Assembly: GCA_964523765.1 (NCBI GenBank)
Contig: CAZFZX010000001.1
Span: 28,332 to 92,331, forward strand
Direction of reading: 5' to 3'
DNA: 64,000 bases
From: an uncultured Enterobacteriaceae bacterium
GTDB lineage: Bacteria; Pseudomonadota; Gammaproteobacteria; Ga0077536
Position 1 is the first letter of the stretch, and each line of letters starts with the position of its first letter. The notes beneath the pieces were generated by a model. It was not told the DNA's origin and searched no databases. It saw only the letters and a program-made list of their open reading frames with translations. Both the position numbers and the translations under genes were made by a program. Below, one piece after another: positions 18,648 through 28,318 of the stretch.

Positions 18648-19423
18648 AGATATTCGCGACGTATAACATTAAAGGGGGCGTAGGCAAGACTGCGGCGGCG
18701 GTAAATCTCTCCTATCTCTCCGGGCAAAGCGGGTTCAGGACGCTGGTTTGGGACCTCGATGCTCAAGGCGCCGCCACTTTTTACTTTCGGGTTCGACCTC
18801 ATCTGAAGGGCGGCGGCGAACGCCTGATTCGGCGCAAGCGTAACCTGCCGAAAGCTATCCGGGCGACTGACTACCATAACCTCGACTTGATACCCTCGGA
18901 TTTCTCGTTACGCAACCTCGATCTGAAACTCGCAGGCACTAAAGCCCCCGAGGATCGTTTGGACAAGCTCCTAGGCGGCGTCAAGGATGATTATGACATC
19001 GCTATGCTGGACTGTGCGCCTTCGATCTCGTTGGTCTCCGAAAACGTCATCCACATGGCGGATTGGCTGTTGATCCCCTTGATACCGACACAATTGTCGC
19101 TGCGCGCATATGGCCAATTGCGGGAATTCTTTGTATCCGAGGGGCACAATACCGAACGTCTAATGCCGTTTTTCTCGATGGTCGACAAAAGAAGGCGTCT
19201 ACATAAGACGCTTATCGTCGAATTCGCGGCACAACATCCGGAGTTGCTGCAAACCTATATCCCTTACTTGAGCCAGATCGAACAAATGGGCGTGCACCGC
19301 GCCCCGGTGGGAGTTTTCGCCGGCAAGGGAGCCGGCGGCAGGGCATTCGCAGGTTTGTGGCAGACCATAATGAACCGGACGAATCTCGCGCCCGAACCCG
19401 TGGTTTCGGCGCCCCATGAGTGA
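18644..19423 (+). CDS. ParA/MinD-family deviant Walker-A ATPase (orphan, no ParB)
   Basis: KGGVGKT deviant Walker A with signature Lys, DLDAQG and DCAPS motifs. Its start overlaps the CHAD gene stop (ATGA) and its end overlaps the queG start by 8 bp. Confidence 0.85.
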   Translation: MKIFATYNIKGGVGKTAAAVNLSYLSGQSGFRTLVWDLDAQGAATFYFRVRPHLKGGGERLIRRKRNLPKAIRATDYHNLDLIPSDFSLRNLDLKLAGTKAPEDRLDKLLGGVKDDYDIAMLDCAPSISLVSENVIHMADWLLIPLIPTQLSLRAYGQLREFFVSEGHNTERLMPFFSMVDKRRRLHKTLIVEFAAQHPELLQTYIPYLSQIEQMGVHRAPVGVFAGKGAGGRAFAGLWQTIMNRTNLAPEPVVSAPHE

Positions 19424-20522
19424 AACTCGGCAGCATCACCCCGAACTACATCGACCCGAAGAATTAGTCGCGAAAATTCGCTGCTGGGGGCGCGAGCTGG
19501 GTTTTCAGCGGGTCGGGATCGCCGGTATCGAATTGGAGGAGGACGGGCGGCGTCTACAGCGATGGTTGTCACGGGGGCGACACGGCGAAATGGCGTACAT
19601 GATTAAGCATGGGACCAAACGCTCCCGGCCGGGCGAACTGATACCGGGGACGGTATCGGTAATCTCCGCGAGAATGAATTACCTTACTGATACCGTCGCC
19701 GAGGCCGAGAAAATCCTCCAAGATCCATGTACTGCTTATATATCGCGCTACGCGTTGGGACGCGATTATCATAAGTTGATGCGGGCACGGCTACAGAAGC
19801 TGGCGCAGAAAATCAGTGCCGATATCGGTGCTTTCGGCTACCGCGTGTTTTCCGACAGCGCGCCGGTATTGGAACGCGGTCTTGCGCGCGAGGCCGGTCT
19901 CGGCTGGATCGGGAAACACGGCAATCTTATCAGCCGAAATGACGGGTCGTGGTTTTTCCTCAGTGAAATCTATACCGATCTGCCCTTACCGCCCGACCGC
20001 GCGTTCGACGGTAACCATTGTGGTAGCTGTACCGCGTGCCTGGACATCTGCCCGACGCAGGCCATTGTCGCTCCCTATGAAGTGGATGCACGACGCTGTA
20101 TTTCGTATCTAACGATCGAATACCGTGGTGCCATACCGGTTGAATACCGGCCGCTTATCGGGAATCGAATTTTCGGCTGTGACGACTGTCAGATCGTTTG
20201 CCCTTGGAATCGCTTCGCCAAGATAAGCTCCGAGACGGATTTCGCGCCGCGATCCGGGCTCGACTCGAGTGCGCTCCTCGATCTATTTGCGTGGACCGAA
20301 GCGGAGTTTCGCAAACGTACGGAAGGATCGGCTATCCGGCGGATCACCTATCGGCAATGGCAGCGTAATCTCGCTATATCGCTCGGCAATGCGCCCGCGT
20401 CGACGACTGTTCGCAATACCTTGGGAAAAGCTTCAGTCGCCGCGACGCCCTTGGTCGCGGAACATATTCAATGGGCACTTCGGCGACAGTCAGAAAAACT
20501 CGAAACCCATGAAGAAACGTAG
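19416..20522 (+). CDS. queG: epoxyqueuosine reductase QueG (4Fe-4S, cobalamin-dependent)
   Basis: CGSCTACLDICPT and CDDCQIVCPWN ferredoxin-like cysteine motifs; overall similarity to QueG/YjeS; 368 aa. Confidence 0.9.
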   Translation: MSETRQHHPELHRPEELVAKIRCWGRELGFQRVGIAGIELEEDGRRLQRWLSRGRHGEMAYMIKHGTKRSRPGELIPGTVSVISARMNYLTDTVAEAEKILQDPCTAYISRYALGRDYHKLMRARLQKLAQKISADIGAFGYRVFSDSAPVLERGLAREAGLGWIGKHGNLISRNDGSWFFLSEIYTDLPLPPDRAFDGNHCGSCTACLDICPTQAIVAPYEVDARRCISYLTIEYRGAIPVEYRPLIGNRIFGCDDCQIVCPWNRFAKISSETDFAPRSGLDSSALLDLFAWTEAEFRKRTEGSAIRRITYRQWQRNLAISLGNAPASTTVRNTLGKASVAATPLVAEHIQWALRRQSEKLETHEET

Positions 20523-20631
20523 ACACGATAGCGCGCACCCCGCCGACTCGTGGGCAATTCCATCGCGACAATGAGTAAAAACCCGTTTGCGCGACGATAC
20601 CTCTCTGCATGACCGAAGCGCCAGTAATCGA

Positions 20632-21354
20632 CTATCGAATACCCGTTTCGATGTGTTTTCGTAATTCCGGGCTTCGACCGACCGCCGGTCGCGCGTTCGT
20701 TACCTCATTGTCGCCGGTGAGCCAGGCCAGCAAAGGCTCCCAGGATTCCAGATCCACTTTTGCACGATGCCGGGGCAATTCGAATATCCCCTGCCCCAAT
20801 CCCGCGGCGTGCACGTAGGCCTGCGCGTCGCGCAAACTTGTTATGAACGGAATTTCGAGAGCTTTTAGAAAACGCAATAATGCTTGATATACACGAGTAT
20901 TCTTTTTGACGCGATTCGCGACCACACCGATGCGCCCATCCCGCGGTTTGATTTTCGCGCACAAGAGCAAGTCGCCGATGCAACGTGACGCCGCGTGGAT
21001 GTCGATTTCGGAGGGCAGTACCGGAATCACTACCGCGTGCGCATCACGGGTTATCTCTTGTAGGTCCTCCCGGGTAGCGCCCGCGGGCGTGTCGATAACA
21101 ATGTTGGTCGCGCCCCGCGTTGCATGGAGTTGCCAAGTGCGCGTCATTCTGGAGTTACGTTCGAAGGCCTTTACTAGCGCAATCGACGGCCGCTCCGGCG
21201 GCCGCGCGGCCACCCAGCGAGCGCTGGACGCCTGGCGATCGTAATCCATGAGGGCGACCCGGTTGCCGGCAATCGCGTAGTACGCCGCAACGTTCGTTGC
21301 AATAGTCGTTTTGCCCGATCCTCCTTTGGGATTCAATACTACGATCTTCTGCAT
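20632..21354 (-). CDS. second ParA-family ATPase (orphan; divergent DYDRQ motif)
   Basis: MQKIVVLNPKGGSGKTT deviant Walker A at the N-terminus, so the start was chosen at the internal Met (21354). The track ORF extends to 21411 with 19 extra residues and no SD. Convergent with queG and divergent from the fusion gene. Confidence 0.75.
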   Translation of the reverse strand: MQKIVVLNPKGGSGKTTIATNVAAYYAIAGNRVALMDYDRQASSARWVAARPPERPSIALVKAFERNSRMTRTWQLHATRGATNIVIDTPAGATREDLQEITRDAHAVVIPVLPSEIDIHAASRCIGDLLLCAKIKPRDGRIGVVANRVKKNTRVYQALLRFLKALEIPFITSLRDAQAYVHAAGLGQGIFELPRHRAKVDLESWEPLLAWLTGDNEVTNARPAVGRSPELRKHIETGIR

Positions 21355-21585
21355 GAGTTTAGGGGCCGTCTGGGTTGGGATCGGGGCTATCGCGTTACCC
21401 AAATTCTTCAATTACTGTTATCGTTCGGCGTAACTTTAACGCCGTTAGTCGGCCGCGAACAAGCCGTTACGTCGGTAATCATAGGTAATACGTCACAGCA
21501 CTGCGATGAGATTAGCGCTGCATCATTGCGAGGCAGAGGCGGCCAATGAACCTTTGTGGTCGATGGTTCGTCCGGAGATCGTCGT

Positions 21586-23907
21586 ATGGACGACACGTTT
21601 GATCTAAATCCGCAAACTTATGACTGGTGCGTCCGGGCGTTCGATCGCGTCAAGAAACTGCTTGGCGTGCGTATCAAGCTACACCATGAGCTAGGGCAAA
21701 TCGAACAAGGTGACGTGTTTCTGTTCAACCACTTCGCGCGGATGGAAACGTTTATTCCGCAATACTTGATCTACCAAGAAACCGGTTCTTTTTGCCGTTC
21801 GATCGCGGCTGGCGAATTCTTTAAGGGTAGCGATAGGTTTACTCAAGTCCTATATGATCTCGGCGCTGTACCCAGCGACCACCCCGACCTTATGCCCATG
21901 CTCGCGCGGGATGTTCTCAAGGGTCGAAAAATTGTGATCTTTCCCGAAGGCGGCATGGTGAAGGATCGCCAGGTTTTGGACGAGCAGGGCAAATACAGCA
22001 TCTACTCCCGGGCCAGCCGCGCCCGCCGGAAACATCATACGGGCGCGGCGCGGCTCGCGATTGGGTTGCAAATCATTAAGTTGCGGGTGCTCGACGAGCA
22101 TCGCCGCGGGAATCGGGAACTGCTTCGGTCATGGGCCGAGGCCCTGCACCTCCCGTCTCCGCAGGCGCTGCTTGAAAACGCGCGACGACCTGTGACTATC
22201 GTGCCGGCAAATATCACGTTTTATCCTCTGCGGATCAGTGACAATATTCTACGCCGAAGCGCGGAGCTCCTGCATGGGAGCCTCAGCCAGCGGGCGGTCG
22301 AAGAACTCATCGTCGAAGGCAATCTTTTTTTTAAAACGACCGACATGGACATCAGGCTCGGCGACGTCATCTGTCCGCTGGAATCCTGGGCGTGGTGGGA
22401 ACGAATGCTGGCCGATTATCTGGGGCGCAGCTTGAACGCCCCATCCGACATATTCGACGGCGACTACTTACGCGCGGAGATGGTCCGGCGTACCGCTGTA
22501 AAAGGGTTGCGAGCAAGTATCAGCCGCCTCCGCAACCGTTATATGCGCGACATCTACGATGAGATTACGGTAAACACGAGCCATCTCGCATCGAAGGCGA
22601 TCTTGAAAATGCTGGAAAGCGACAACGAAGGATTTTCGTTGGAAGAATTCAAGCACGTCATTTATCTGGCTATAAAGAAATTGCAAAGACACCGCGACGT
22701 CCATCTCCACCGAAGCATCTGCAACCCGACGGTTTATCGTGAACTGCTGAAGACCGAAACGCCGGAAATGACCCAGTTTCTCGAATCCGCAGTAAATGCA
22801 CAGTTGATCGAGCTGAAATCTACTGAAATTGTCTTCCTGGATAAACTCGCGGCCGACCACGAGTTCGATTCGGTGCGTTTGGAGAATCCGATCGAAGTCT
22901 ACGGCAATGAAGTTGAACCAATCCAGGAAGTAGATGCCGCGCTCGAAGCTGCTATAACCGAAGTCGGCTCGCTTACGCCGCGCGGTTACGCAAAGTTGAT
23001 CTACGACGACGAATTGATCGCGTTGGAGTGGGACAGAAATTTCTTTGACAAACCCGCTCATCAGGAGATTAACCGCCGAGAAACGGCAACCGCGGACGCC
23101 AGCCCCTTCTTACTGGAACCGGACCAGGGTTCGGAGGTGGGCGTATTGCTTGTGCACGGCTTTCTGGCGTCGCCAGCAGAAGTACGGAGCCTAGGGGACA
23201 AACTGCTCGGCGCCGGAATCACGGTTCTCGGCGTGCGGCTCAAGGGCCACGGTACGTCGCCTTGGGACCTAAGGGAGCGGAGCTGGCACGATTGGTTCGC
23301 CTCGGTAGAACACGGTTTGGAAATAATCGGGAGTCTGTGTGAACGTGTTTGCGTTGTGGGTTTCTCCACCGGCGGCGCGCTGGGCTTATTACTTTCCGCG
23401 CGCCGGACCGAACGGGTAGAGGCGGTCGCCTCGATATGCGCACCAATCAAATTCCGCAACAGAAATATGAGATTCGTCCCCTTGATGCACGGAGCCAATC
23501 GCGTCGTACGCTGGGTCTCGAAGTATGAAGGTTTGATGCCTTTTCGTCTCAACGAATCAGAGCACCCACACATTAACTATCGCAATATGCCCATCCGTAG
23601 CCTCTACGAATTAACGCGGCTGGTCGCACATCTAAAGGAAGAATTAGGCGCGGTTACCTGTCCCGTATGCATCGTCCAGTCCGCTGAGGACCGTGTCGTC
23701 GACCCGCACAGCGCAACGATTGCCTACGACCTCCTCCAAACCCAAGACAAGGAGATCCACTGGATCGAATCTGAGCGTCACGGGATCCTTAACGAGGATA
23801 TCGGCGGAACACACACGGTCTTACTCGATTTCGTCGAGCGAGTTGCCGCTCGGCACGTTCGGCGACACATCGACTCAAACGAGCCGACCGCCGGCAGCTA
23901 CGCCTAA
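21586..23907 (+). CDS. two-domain fusion: PlsC-like acyltransferase (HX4E + FPEGG motifs) N-terminus and YvaK/Est-type carboxylesterase (alpha/beta hydrolase) C-terminus
   Basis: N-terminus has LFNHFARME and IVIFPEGGMVKD (LPLAT motifs I/III). C-terminus has LVHGFLASP, KGHG, the GFSTGG nucleophile elbow, AEDRVVD and ERHG (Ser-Asp-His triad). GGAGA SD lies 8 nt before the ATG at 21586; a GTG at 21556 is also possible. Confidence 0.7.
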   Translation: MDDTFDLNPQTYDWCVRAFDRVKKLLGVRIKLHHELGQIEQGDVFLFNHFARMETFIPQYLIYQETGSFCRSIAAGEFFKGSDRFTQVLYDLGAVPSDHPDLMPMLARDVLKGRKIVIFPEGGMVKDRQVLDEQGKYSIYSRASRARRKHHTGAARLAIGLQIIKLRVLDEHRRGNRELLRSWAEALHLPSPQALLENARRPVTIVPANITFYPLRISDNILRRSAELLHGSLSQRAVEELIVEGNLFFKTTDMDIRLGDVICPLESWAWWERMLADYLGRSLNAPSDIFDGDYLRAEMVRRTAVKGLRASISRLRNRYMRDIYDEITVNTSHLASKAILKMLESDNEGFSLEEFKHVIYLAIKKLQRHRDVHLHRSICNPTVYRELLKTETPEMTQFLESAVNAQLIELKSTEIVFLDKLAADHEFDSVRLENPIEVYGNEVEPIQEVDAALEAAITEVGSLTPRGYAKLIYDDELIALEWDRNFFDKPAHQEINRRETATADASPFLLEPDQGSEVGVLLVHGFLASPAEVRSLGDKLLGAGITVLGVRLKGHGTSPWDLRERSWHDWFASVEHGLEIIGSLCERVCVVGFSTGGALGLLLSARRTERVEAVASICAPIKFRNRNMRFVPLMHGANRVVRWVSKYEGLMPFRLNESEHPHINYRNMPIRSLYELTRLVAHLKEELGAVTCPVCIVQSAEDRVVDPHSATIAYDLLQTQDKEIHWIESERHGILNEDIGGTHTVLLDFVERVAARHVRRHIDSNEPTAGSYA

Positions 23908-23944
23908 GTCCGGGAAGCTCCCAGCCCGATATTGCGTGAAGCGG

Positions 23945-24832
23945 TCACGGTACCGGCCGGGCCACCGCGGCCCCTGTTCGTTTGACGGTCGCGCCGGGCG
24001 CCATGCGCTTGAGCCATCCGCGAACCCGCTTTGCGACGAGCGCTTCGTACCCGAGAAAAGCGGGCCCGGCGCCATCGACTTCGAGCACTTCGACCGGTGT
24101 TACCCGCGCGCCGAGCCTTGCCATCCGCAACGATTGTAGCGACACCGCTCGCGCATCCCGGGTACCCGCGACGCCCAACACCGGAATATCCACCTCGTCT
24201 AACGGCGCGTCCCATGCGCCGAGTCCGACGAAGCCGGTAACGGTCGGCGGGACCTTCCCGGCGAAGTGACGAATGGCGATCGCCGCACCAGCCGCGTCGC
24301 CTATGATAACTACGTTTGCGATCCCCTGATTCGCCAGATAGTCGATTCCGGCGTCCAACCTCAAGCCCGCTCGTGCCGTGAGTTCGCCATCGTGGAGCGC
24401 AATGGTACGGGACTCGGGTATGGGTTGCTGAATCGAAAGCACGAACCAGCCGGCGGCCGCGGCGGTGCGAGCCAAGGTCTGGTGTAGGGGAAGGCCGTCG
24501 ACGATCGCCCCGATCGGGGCGTTGATAACGATGCCGCCTTGCGTGGCTGCGCCTGTCGCCGCCCGCAAGATAGCGAGAAATTTCTCTCCGGCGGCCTCGA
24601 TCCAGAGTATTTCGCCGCCCAACAGAGCAAACTCAAGTCGTTCTGCGAGCACCGCCTCGCGGGGATCCGCACCCTCCGCCGCCGCCTGCGCTCCAGGTAC
24701 CGCCTGCGTTTCGGAAGTGGCCTGCGTTTCGGGTGCGGCCGACGTCGCGCCACCGGCAGTGGGAACGGCGAGCGCGAGCGACACGGTGAGCGCCGCGACG
24801 GAAGAACGAGTGCCGAAGATACGTTTCATCAA
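23945..24832 (-). CDS. secreted hypothetical protein, weak alpha/beta-hydrolase-like segment
   Basis: N-terminal signal peptide (MMKRIFGTRSSVAALTVSLALAVPTAGGA) followed by an Ala/Gly/Thr-rich low-complexity stretch. VVIIGDAAGAAIA resembles a nucleophile elbow but has Ala where Ser would be. Family assignment uncertain. Confidence 0.45.
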   Translation of the reverse strand: MMKRIFGTRSSVAALTVSLALAVPTAGGATSAAPETQATSETQAVPGAQAAAEGADPREAVLAERLEFALLGGEILWIEAAGEKFLAILRAATGAATQGGIVINAPIGAIVDGLPLHQTLARTAAAAGWFVLSIQQPIPESRTIALHDGELTARAGLRLDAGIDYLANQGIANVVIIGDAAGAAIAIRHFAGKVPPTVTGFVGLGAWDAPLDEVDIPVLGVAGTRDARAVSLQSLRMARLGARVTPVEVLEVDGAGPAFLGYEALVAKRVRGWLKRMAPGATVKRTGAAVARPVP

Positions 24833-25052
24833 TACCTATAGCGGCAGCGCAGCCGAACCCCGTAGCTTGTCGTCGCTTCATACCGCGGGTACGGACGCTG
24901 GGTCGCGATCGGCTACACCGGGAAACCGCGCGGCGTAGGCGCAGCCGATCGACAGAATCGGTCTGGAAGCAGCCGACCCGCGTGCAGATCGAGTAGTGAT
25001 GCGGTACAGTTGCCGCCCTTCGCACAAGACCCTGCACCGGCGCCCACTTCGC

Positions 25053-25733
25053 ATGAAACAAAATGACGTCATCGCACCATCCATTCTGTCGGCAGACTTC
25101 GCTCAGCTCGGTGCCGAAGTGGACTCTGTCGTAAACGCGGGCGCGAGTTTCATCCATTTCGATGTGATGGATAACCACTACGTGCCGAACCTGACGGTCG
25201 GTCCTCTCGTCTGTGCCGCGCTCCGGCGACACGGCGTTACGGTAGACATCGACGTCCACTTAATGGTCAAACCGGTCGACCGGCTGGTAGGCGATTTTGC
25301 CGACGCCGGCGCCACCTATATCACGTTCCACCCTGAAGCGAGCGAGCATATCGATCGCACCCTACAGTTGATAACCGCTGCCGGTTGTAAGTGCGGCCTG
25401 GTCTTCAATCCCGCGACATCGCTGGACTACCTCGACTACATTCTGGACAAGATCGACATGATCCTGATCATGTCCGTCAACCCGGGCTTCGGCGGGCAGT
25501 CTTTCATTTCGGGAGCGCTGGACAAATTGCGGCTCGCCAGGGCGCGCATCGACGGCGGCAACCGACCGATCCGTCTGGAGATCGACGGCGGCGTCAAAAT
25601 CGAGAACATCGGCGAAATAGCGGCCGCCGGCGCAGATACCTTCGTCGCCGGTTCAGCGATCTTCGGAAGCGACAATTATGCCGAAACGATCGCCGCTATG
25701 CGGGCTGAAATCAATAGATCCCGGTCCGTATGA
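25053..25733 (+). CDS. rpe: ribulose-phosphate 3-epimerase
   Basis: [20 protein letters not shown]...[15 protein letters not shown]...DGGV motifs. First sensible ATG is at 25053; the track ORF starts at 24996. Confidence 0.95.
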   Translation: MKQNDVIAPSILSADFAQLGAEVDSVVNAGASFIHFDVMDNHYVPNLTVGPLVCAALRRHGVTVDIDVHLMVKPVDRLVGDFADAGATYITFHPEASEHIDRTLQLITAAGCKCGLVFNPATSLDYLDYILDKIDMILIMSVNPGFGGQSFISGALDKLRLARARIDGGNRPIRLEIDGGVKIENIGEIAAAGADTFVAGSAIFGSDNYAETIAAMRAEINRSRSV

Positions 25734-25809
25734 ACGGGCACGAGGATAACGCCGTTGTCGGTCTTGAAGCGACGCCGATCGACCGCACTGCCGATATCGG
25801 TATGCGCCG

Positions 25810-26403
25810 ATGATCCTAATGATCGACAATTACGATTCCTTTACCTACAACTTGGTGCAATATTGCGGTGAACTCGGGAAGGACGTCGAGGTCGTTCGTA
25901 ACGACGCCATAACGATAGAAAACATCCGCACGCAACGACCTGAAGCCATTATCATTTCGCCCGGACCCTGCACTCCGAACGAAGCCGGCATATCGATGGC
26001 CGTGGTCAGCCAACTCGCCCCACAGATCCCCATCCTCGGTGTTTGCCTGGGGCACCAAAGCATCGCGCAAGCCGTAGGGGGCCGCATTGTCCATGCCGGG
26101 CACGTCATGCATGGGAAAACCTCGAATATTTACCACCACGACTGTGATGTTTTTGCCGGACTCGATATGCCGTTCGTCGCGACCCGATATCATTCTCTCG
26201 TCGTCGACCGCGAAAGCCTGCCATCCTGTTTGCAGATCACTGCCTGGACTGAAACAAGCGAGGGCGAAGTCGAGGAAATCATGGGCCTGAGGCACGATAC
26301 GCTGCCCTTATACGGCGTTCAGTTCCACCCCGAGTCGATACTGACCGAAGGCGGTCACGATTTGCTCGCGAACTTTTTTTCGTTGGCGGCGGGCACGCAC
26401 TAG
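25810..26403 (+). CDS. trpG: anthranilate synthase component II / glutamine amidotransferase
   Basis: [19 protein letters not shown]-terminus, catalytic GVCLGHQ Cys and HPES His/Glu. Confidence 0.9.
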   Translation: MILMIDNYDSFTYNLVQYCGELGKDVEVVRNDAITIENIRTQRPEAIIISPGPCTPNEAGISMAVVSQLAPQIPILGVCLGHQSIAQAVGGRIVHAGHVMHGKTSNIYHHDCDVFAGLDMPFVATRYHSLVVDRESLPSCLQITAWTETSEGEVEEIMGLRHDTLPLYGVQFHPESILTEGGHDLLANFFSLAAGTH

Positions 26404-26417
26404 GCGAAGTGCGTCCG

Positions 26418-27440
26418 ATGGATATTCGAGCAGCAATCGCGCACGCCGTCGCCGGCAAAGACGTCGACTTCGACGACATGCTCGTAGTCGTGCGCGCAAT
26501 CATGTCAGGCGAGCCGACGGCAGCTCAAATAGCCGGCCTGTTGGTTGCGCTGCACATGAAGGGTGAGACGATCGATGAGGTTACCGCTGCAGCGACCGTG
26601 ATGCGGGAGCTGGCGACCCCTGTTTCGATTTCCGCGGCACCGCTGATCGATACGTGCGGCACCGGCGGAGATGCTACAAACACGTTCAACATTTCGACGG
26701 CGACCGCTTTTGTCGTTGCGGCTGCCGGAGGCTACGTCGCCAAACATGGCAATCGCTCGGTTTCGAGCTCTAGCGGGTCGGCGGACGTGCTCGAGCAGGC
26801 GGGCGCGCGAATCGATTTGGAGCCCGCCGAGGTCGCGCGCTCCATCGAGGAAACCGGGGTAGGCTTCATGTTCGCGCCGGCTCATCACGGTGCGACTCGC
26901 CACGCCGCTGGTCCTCGCCGTGAACTCGCGATCAGGACGCTATTCAACGTCCTCGGCCCACTCACCAACCCGGCCGGAGCTCCGCTGCAACTCGTCGGGG
27001 TATTCAACCGCGAATGGCAGACCAAGCTGATCGAAGTGCTCGCTCGCCTCGGCTCCGAGCGCGCTTTCGTTGTCCATGCGGACGACGGTCTGGACGAGAT
27101 CAGTATCGGCTCGAAAACTACTGTCGCCGAGCTTCGTGACGGGGCCATCCATTGGTTCGAGATCGACCCGGCGGAATATGGGTTCGAACAGCAGCCGATA
27201 TCCTCGGTAAGCGTCCGCGATGCCGGCCAGAGTCTAGCTATGATTGATTGCGTATTCCGCGGAGAACCGGGACCGGCGCGCGATATCGTAGCGTTGAATG
27301 CCGGCGCGGCCATTTACCTGTGTGGGCTCGAGGACACACTCGCCGATGGGATTGAACGGGCCCGCCACCTGCTGGCTAGTGGTGCGGCCGGCACGCGATT
27401 TGAGCGTTTCATCGATTTTACACAACGCTGCGGTCGCTAG
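26418..27440 (+). CDS. trpD: anthranilate phosphoribosyltransferase
   Basis: [18 protein letters not shown] glycine-rich PRPP loop, KHGNRSVSS motif and ~340 aa length. Start chosen at MDIRAAIAH. Confidence 0.95.
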   Translation: MDIRAAIAHAVAGKDVDFDDMLVVVRAIMSGEPTAAQIAGLLVALHMKGETIDEVTAAATVMRELATPVSISAAPLIDTCGTGGDATNTFNISTATAFVVAAAGGYVAKHGNRSVSSSSGSADVLEQAGARIDLEPAEVARSIEETGVGFMFAPAHHGATRHAAGPRRELAIRTLFNVLGPLTNPAGAPLQLVGVFNREWQTKLIEVLARLGSERAFVVHADDGLDEISIGSKTTVAELRDGAIHWFEIDPAEYGFEQQPISSVSVRDAGQSLAMIDCVFRGEPGPARDIVALNAGAAIYLCGLEDTLADGIERARHLLASGAAGTRFERFIDFTQRCGR

Positions 27441-27445
27441 AACCG

Positions 27446-28267
27446 ATGAACGACCGCGAATCCGTCAGTTCCCGTTCCTCGCCGGACATACTCGGCGAAA
27501 TCGTCAAACACAAGCACAATGAAGTCTCCGCGCGCTCGCGCAAAACGCCGCTCGCGGAACTCGAACGTCGCGCAAAACGCGCGCCCGAGTCGCGCGACTT
27601 CGTTGGTTCGATTCGACGTCGCATTGCTGCGGGCGATCCTGCCGTTATCGCAGAATGCAAAAGGGCGTCGCCGAGCAAAGGACTGATCCGTGATAGCTAT
27701 GAGCCCGAGCTCATTGCCCGGAGTTATGCGGCCGGCGGCGCTGCGTGCCTGTCCGTTCTCACCGACGAAAAATACTTTAGGGGCGGCGACGACCATCTAG
27801 TGGCCGCCCGATCCGCCTGCGAGTTGCCGGTACTGCGCAAAGATTTCGTGATAGATCCCTACCAGATCTATGAGGCTCGGGCGCTGGGCGCCGACTGCGT
27901 CTTGCTGATCGCGGCCTGCCTCGACGACGGAGCGATGCTGGAACTGGCCGAGGTAAGCATCGGGCTAGGCATGGACACGCTGATCGAAGTCCACGATGGT
28001 ACGGAGCTGGAACGCGCGCTGCGGTTGCGGACACCCTTGATCGGCGTTAACAACCGCGACCTACGACGCTTTGTCACCGATATCCAAACGACGATCGACC
28101 TCATGCGTGATATTCCCGGCGACCGGCTGGTCGTCACCGAGTCGGGTATCCGTACCCCAGACGACATCGAAAAACTTCGCGCCGCCGGCGTCGATGCGTT
28201 CCTGGTGGGCGAGGCTTTCATGCGCGCAACGGACCCCGGCGCGATGCTTAAGAAGCTATTTTTTTAA
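27446..28267 (+). CDS. trpC: indole-3-glycerol phosphate synthase
   Basis: [14 protein letters not shown]-terminus, [15 protein letters not shown] and IGVNNRDL motifs. Confidence 0.95.
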   Translation: MNDRESVSSRSSPDILGEIVKHKHNEVSARSRKTPLAELERRAKRAPESRDFVGSIRRRIAAGDPAVIAECKRASPSKGLIRDSYEPELIARSYAAGGAACLSVLTDEKYFRGGDDHLVAARSACELPVLRKDFVIDPYQIYEARALGADCVLLIAACLDDGAMLELAEVSIGLGMDTLIEVHDGTELERALRLRTPLIGVNNRDLRRFVTDIQTTIDLMRDIPGDRLVVTESGIRTPDDIEKLRAAGVDAFLVGEAFMRATDPGAMLKKLFF

Positions 28268-28318
28268 CTCGACCCGTTTTGGGCCGGACGCCGGCGCCCC
28301 GCCGGTTCTTATGGCGGG

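Noticed and set aside
28280-28318. Short GC stems after trpC / VOC gene (CCGGCGCCCCGCCGG; CCCGCC...GGCGGG)
   Set aside because: Stems of 5-6 bp without U-tracts. Insufficient to call a terminator.
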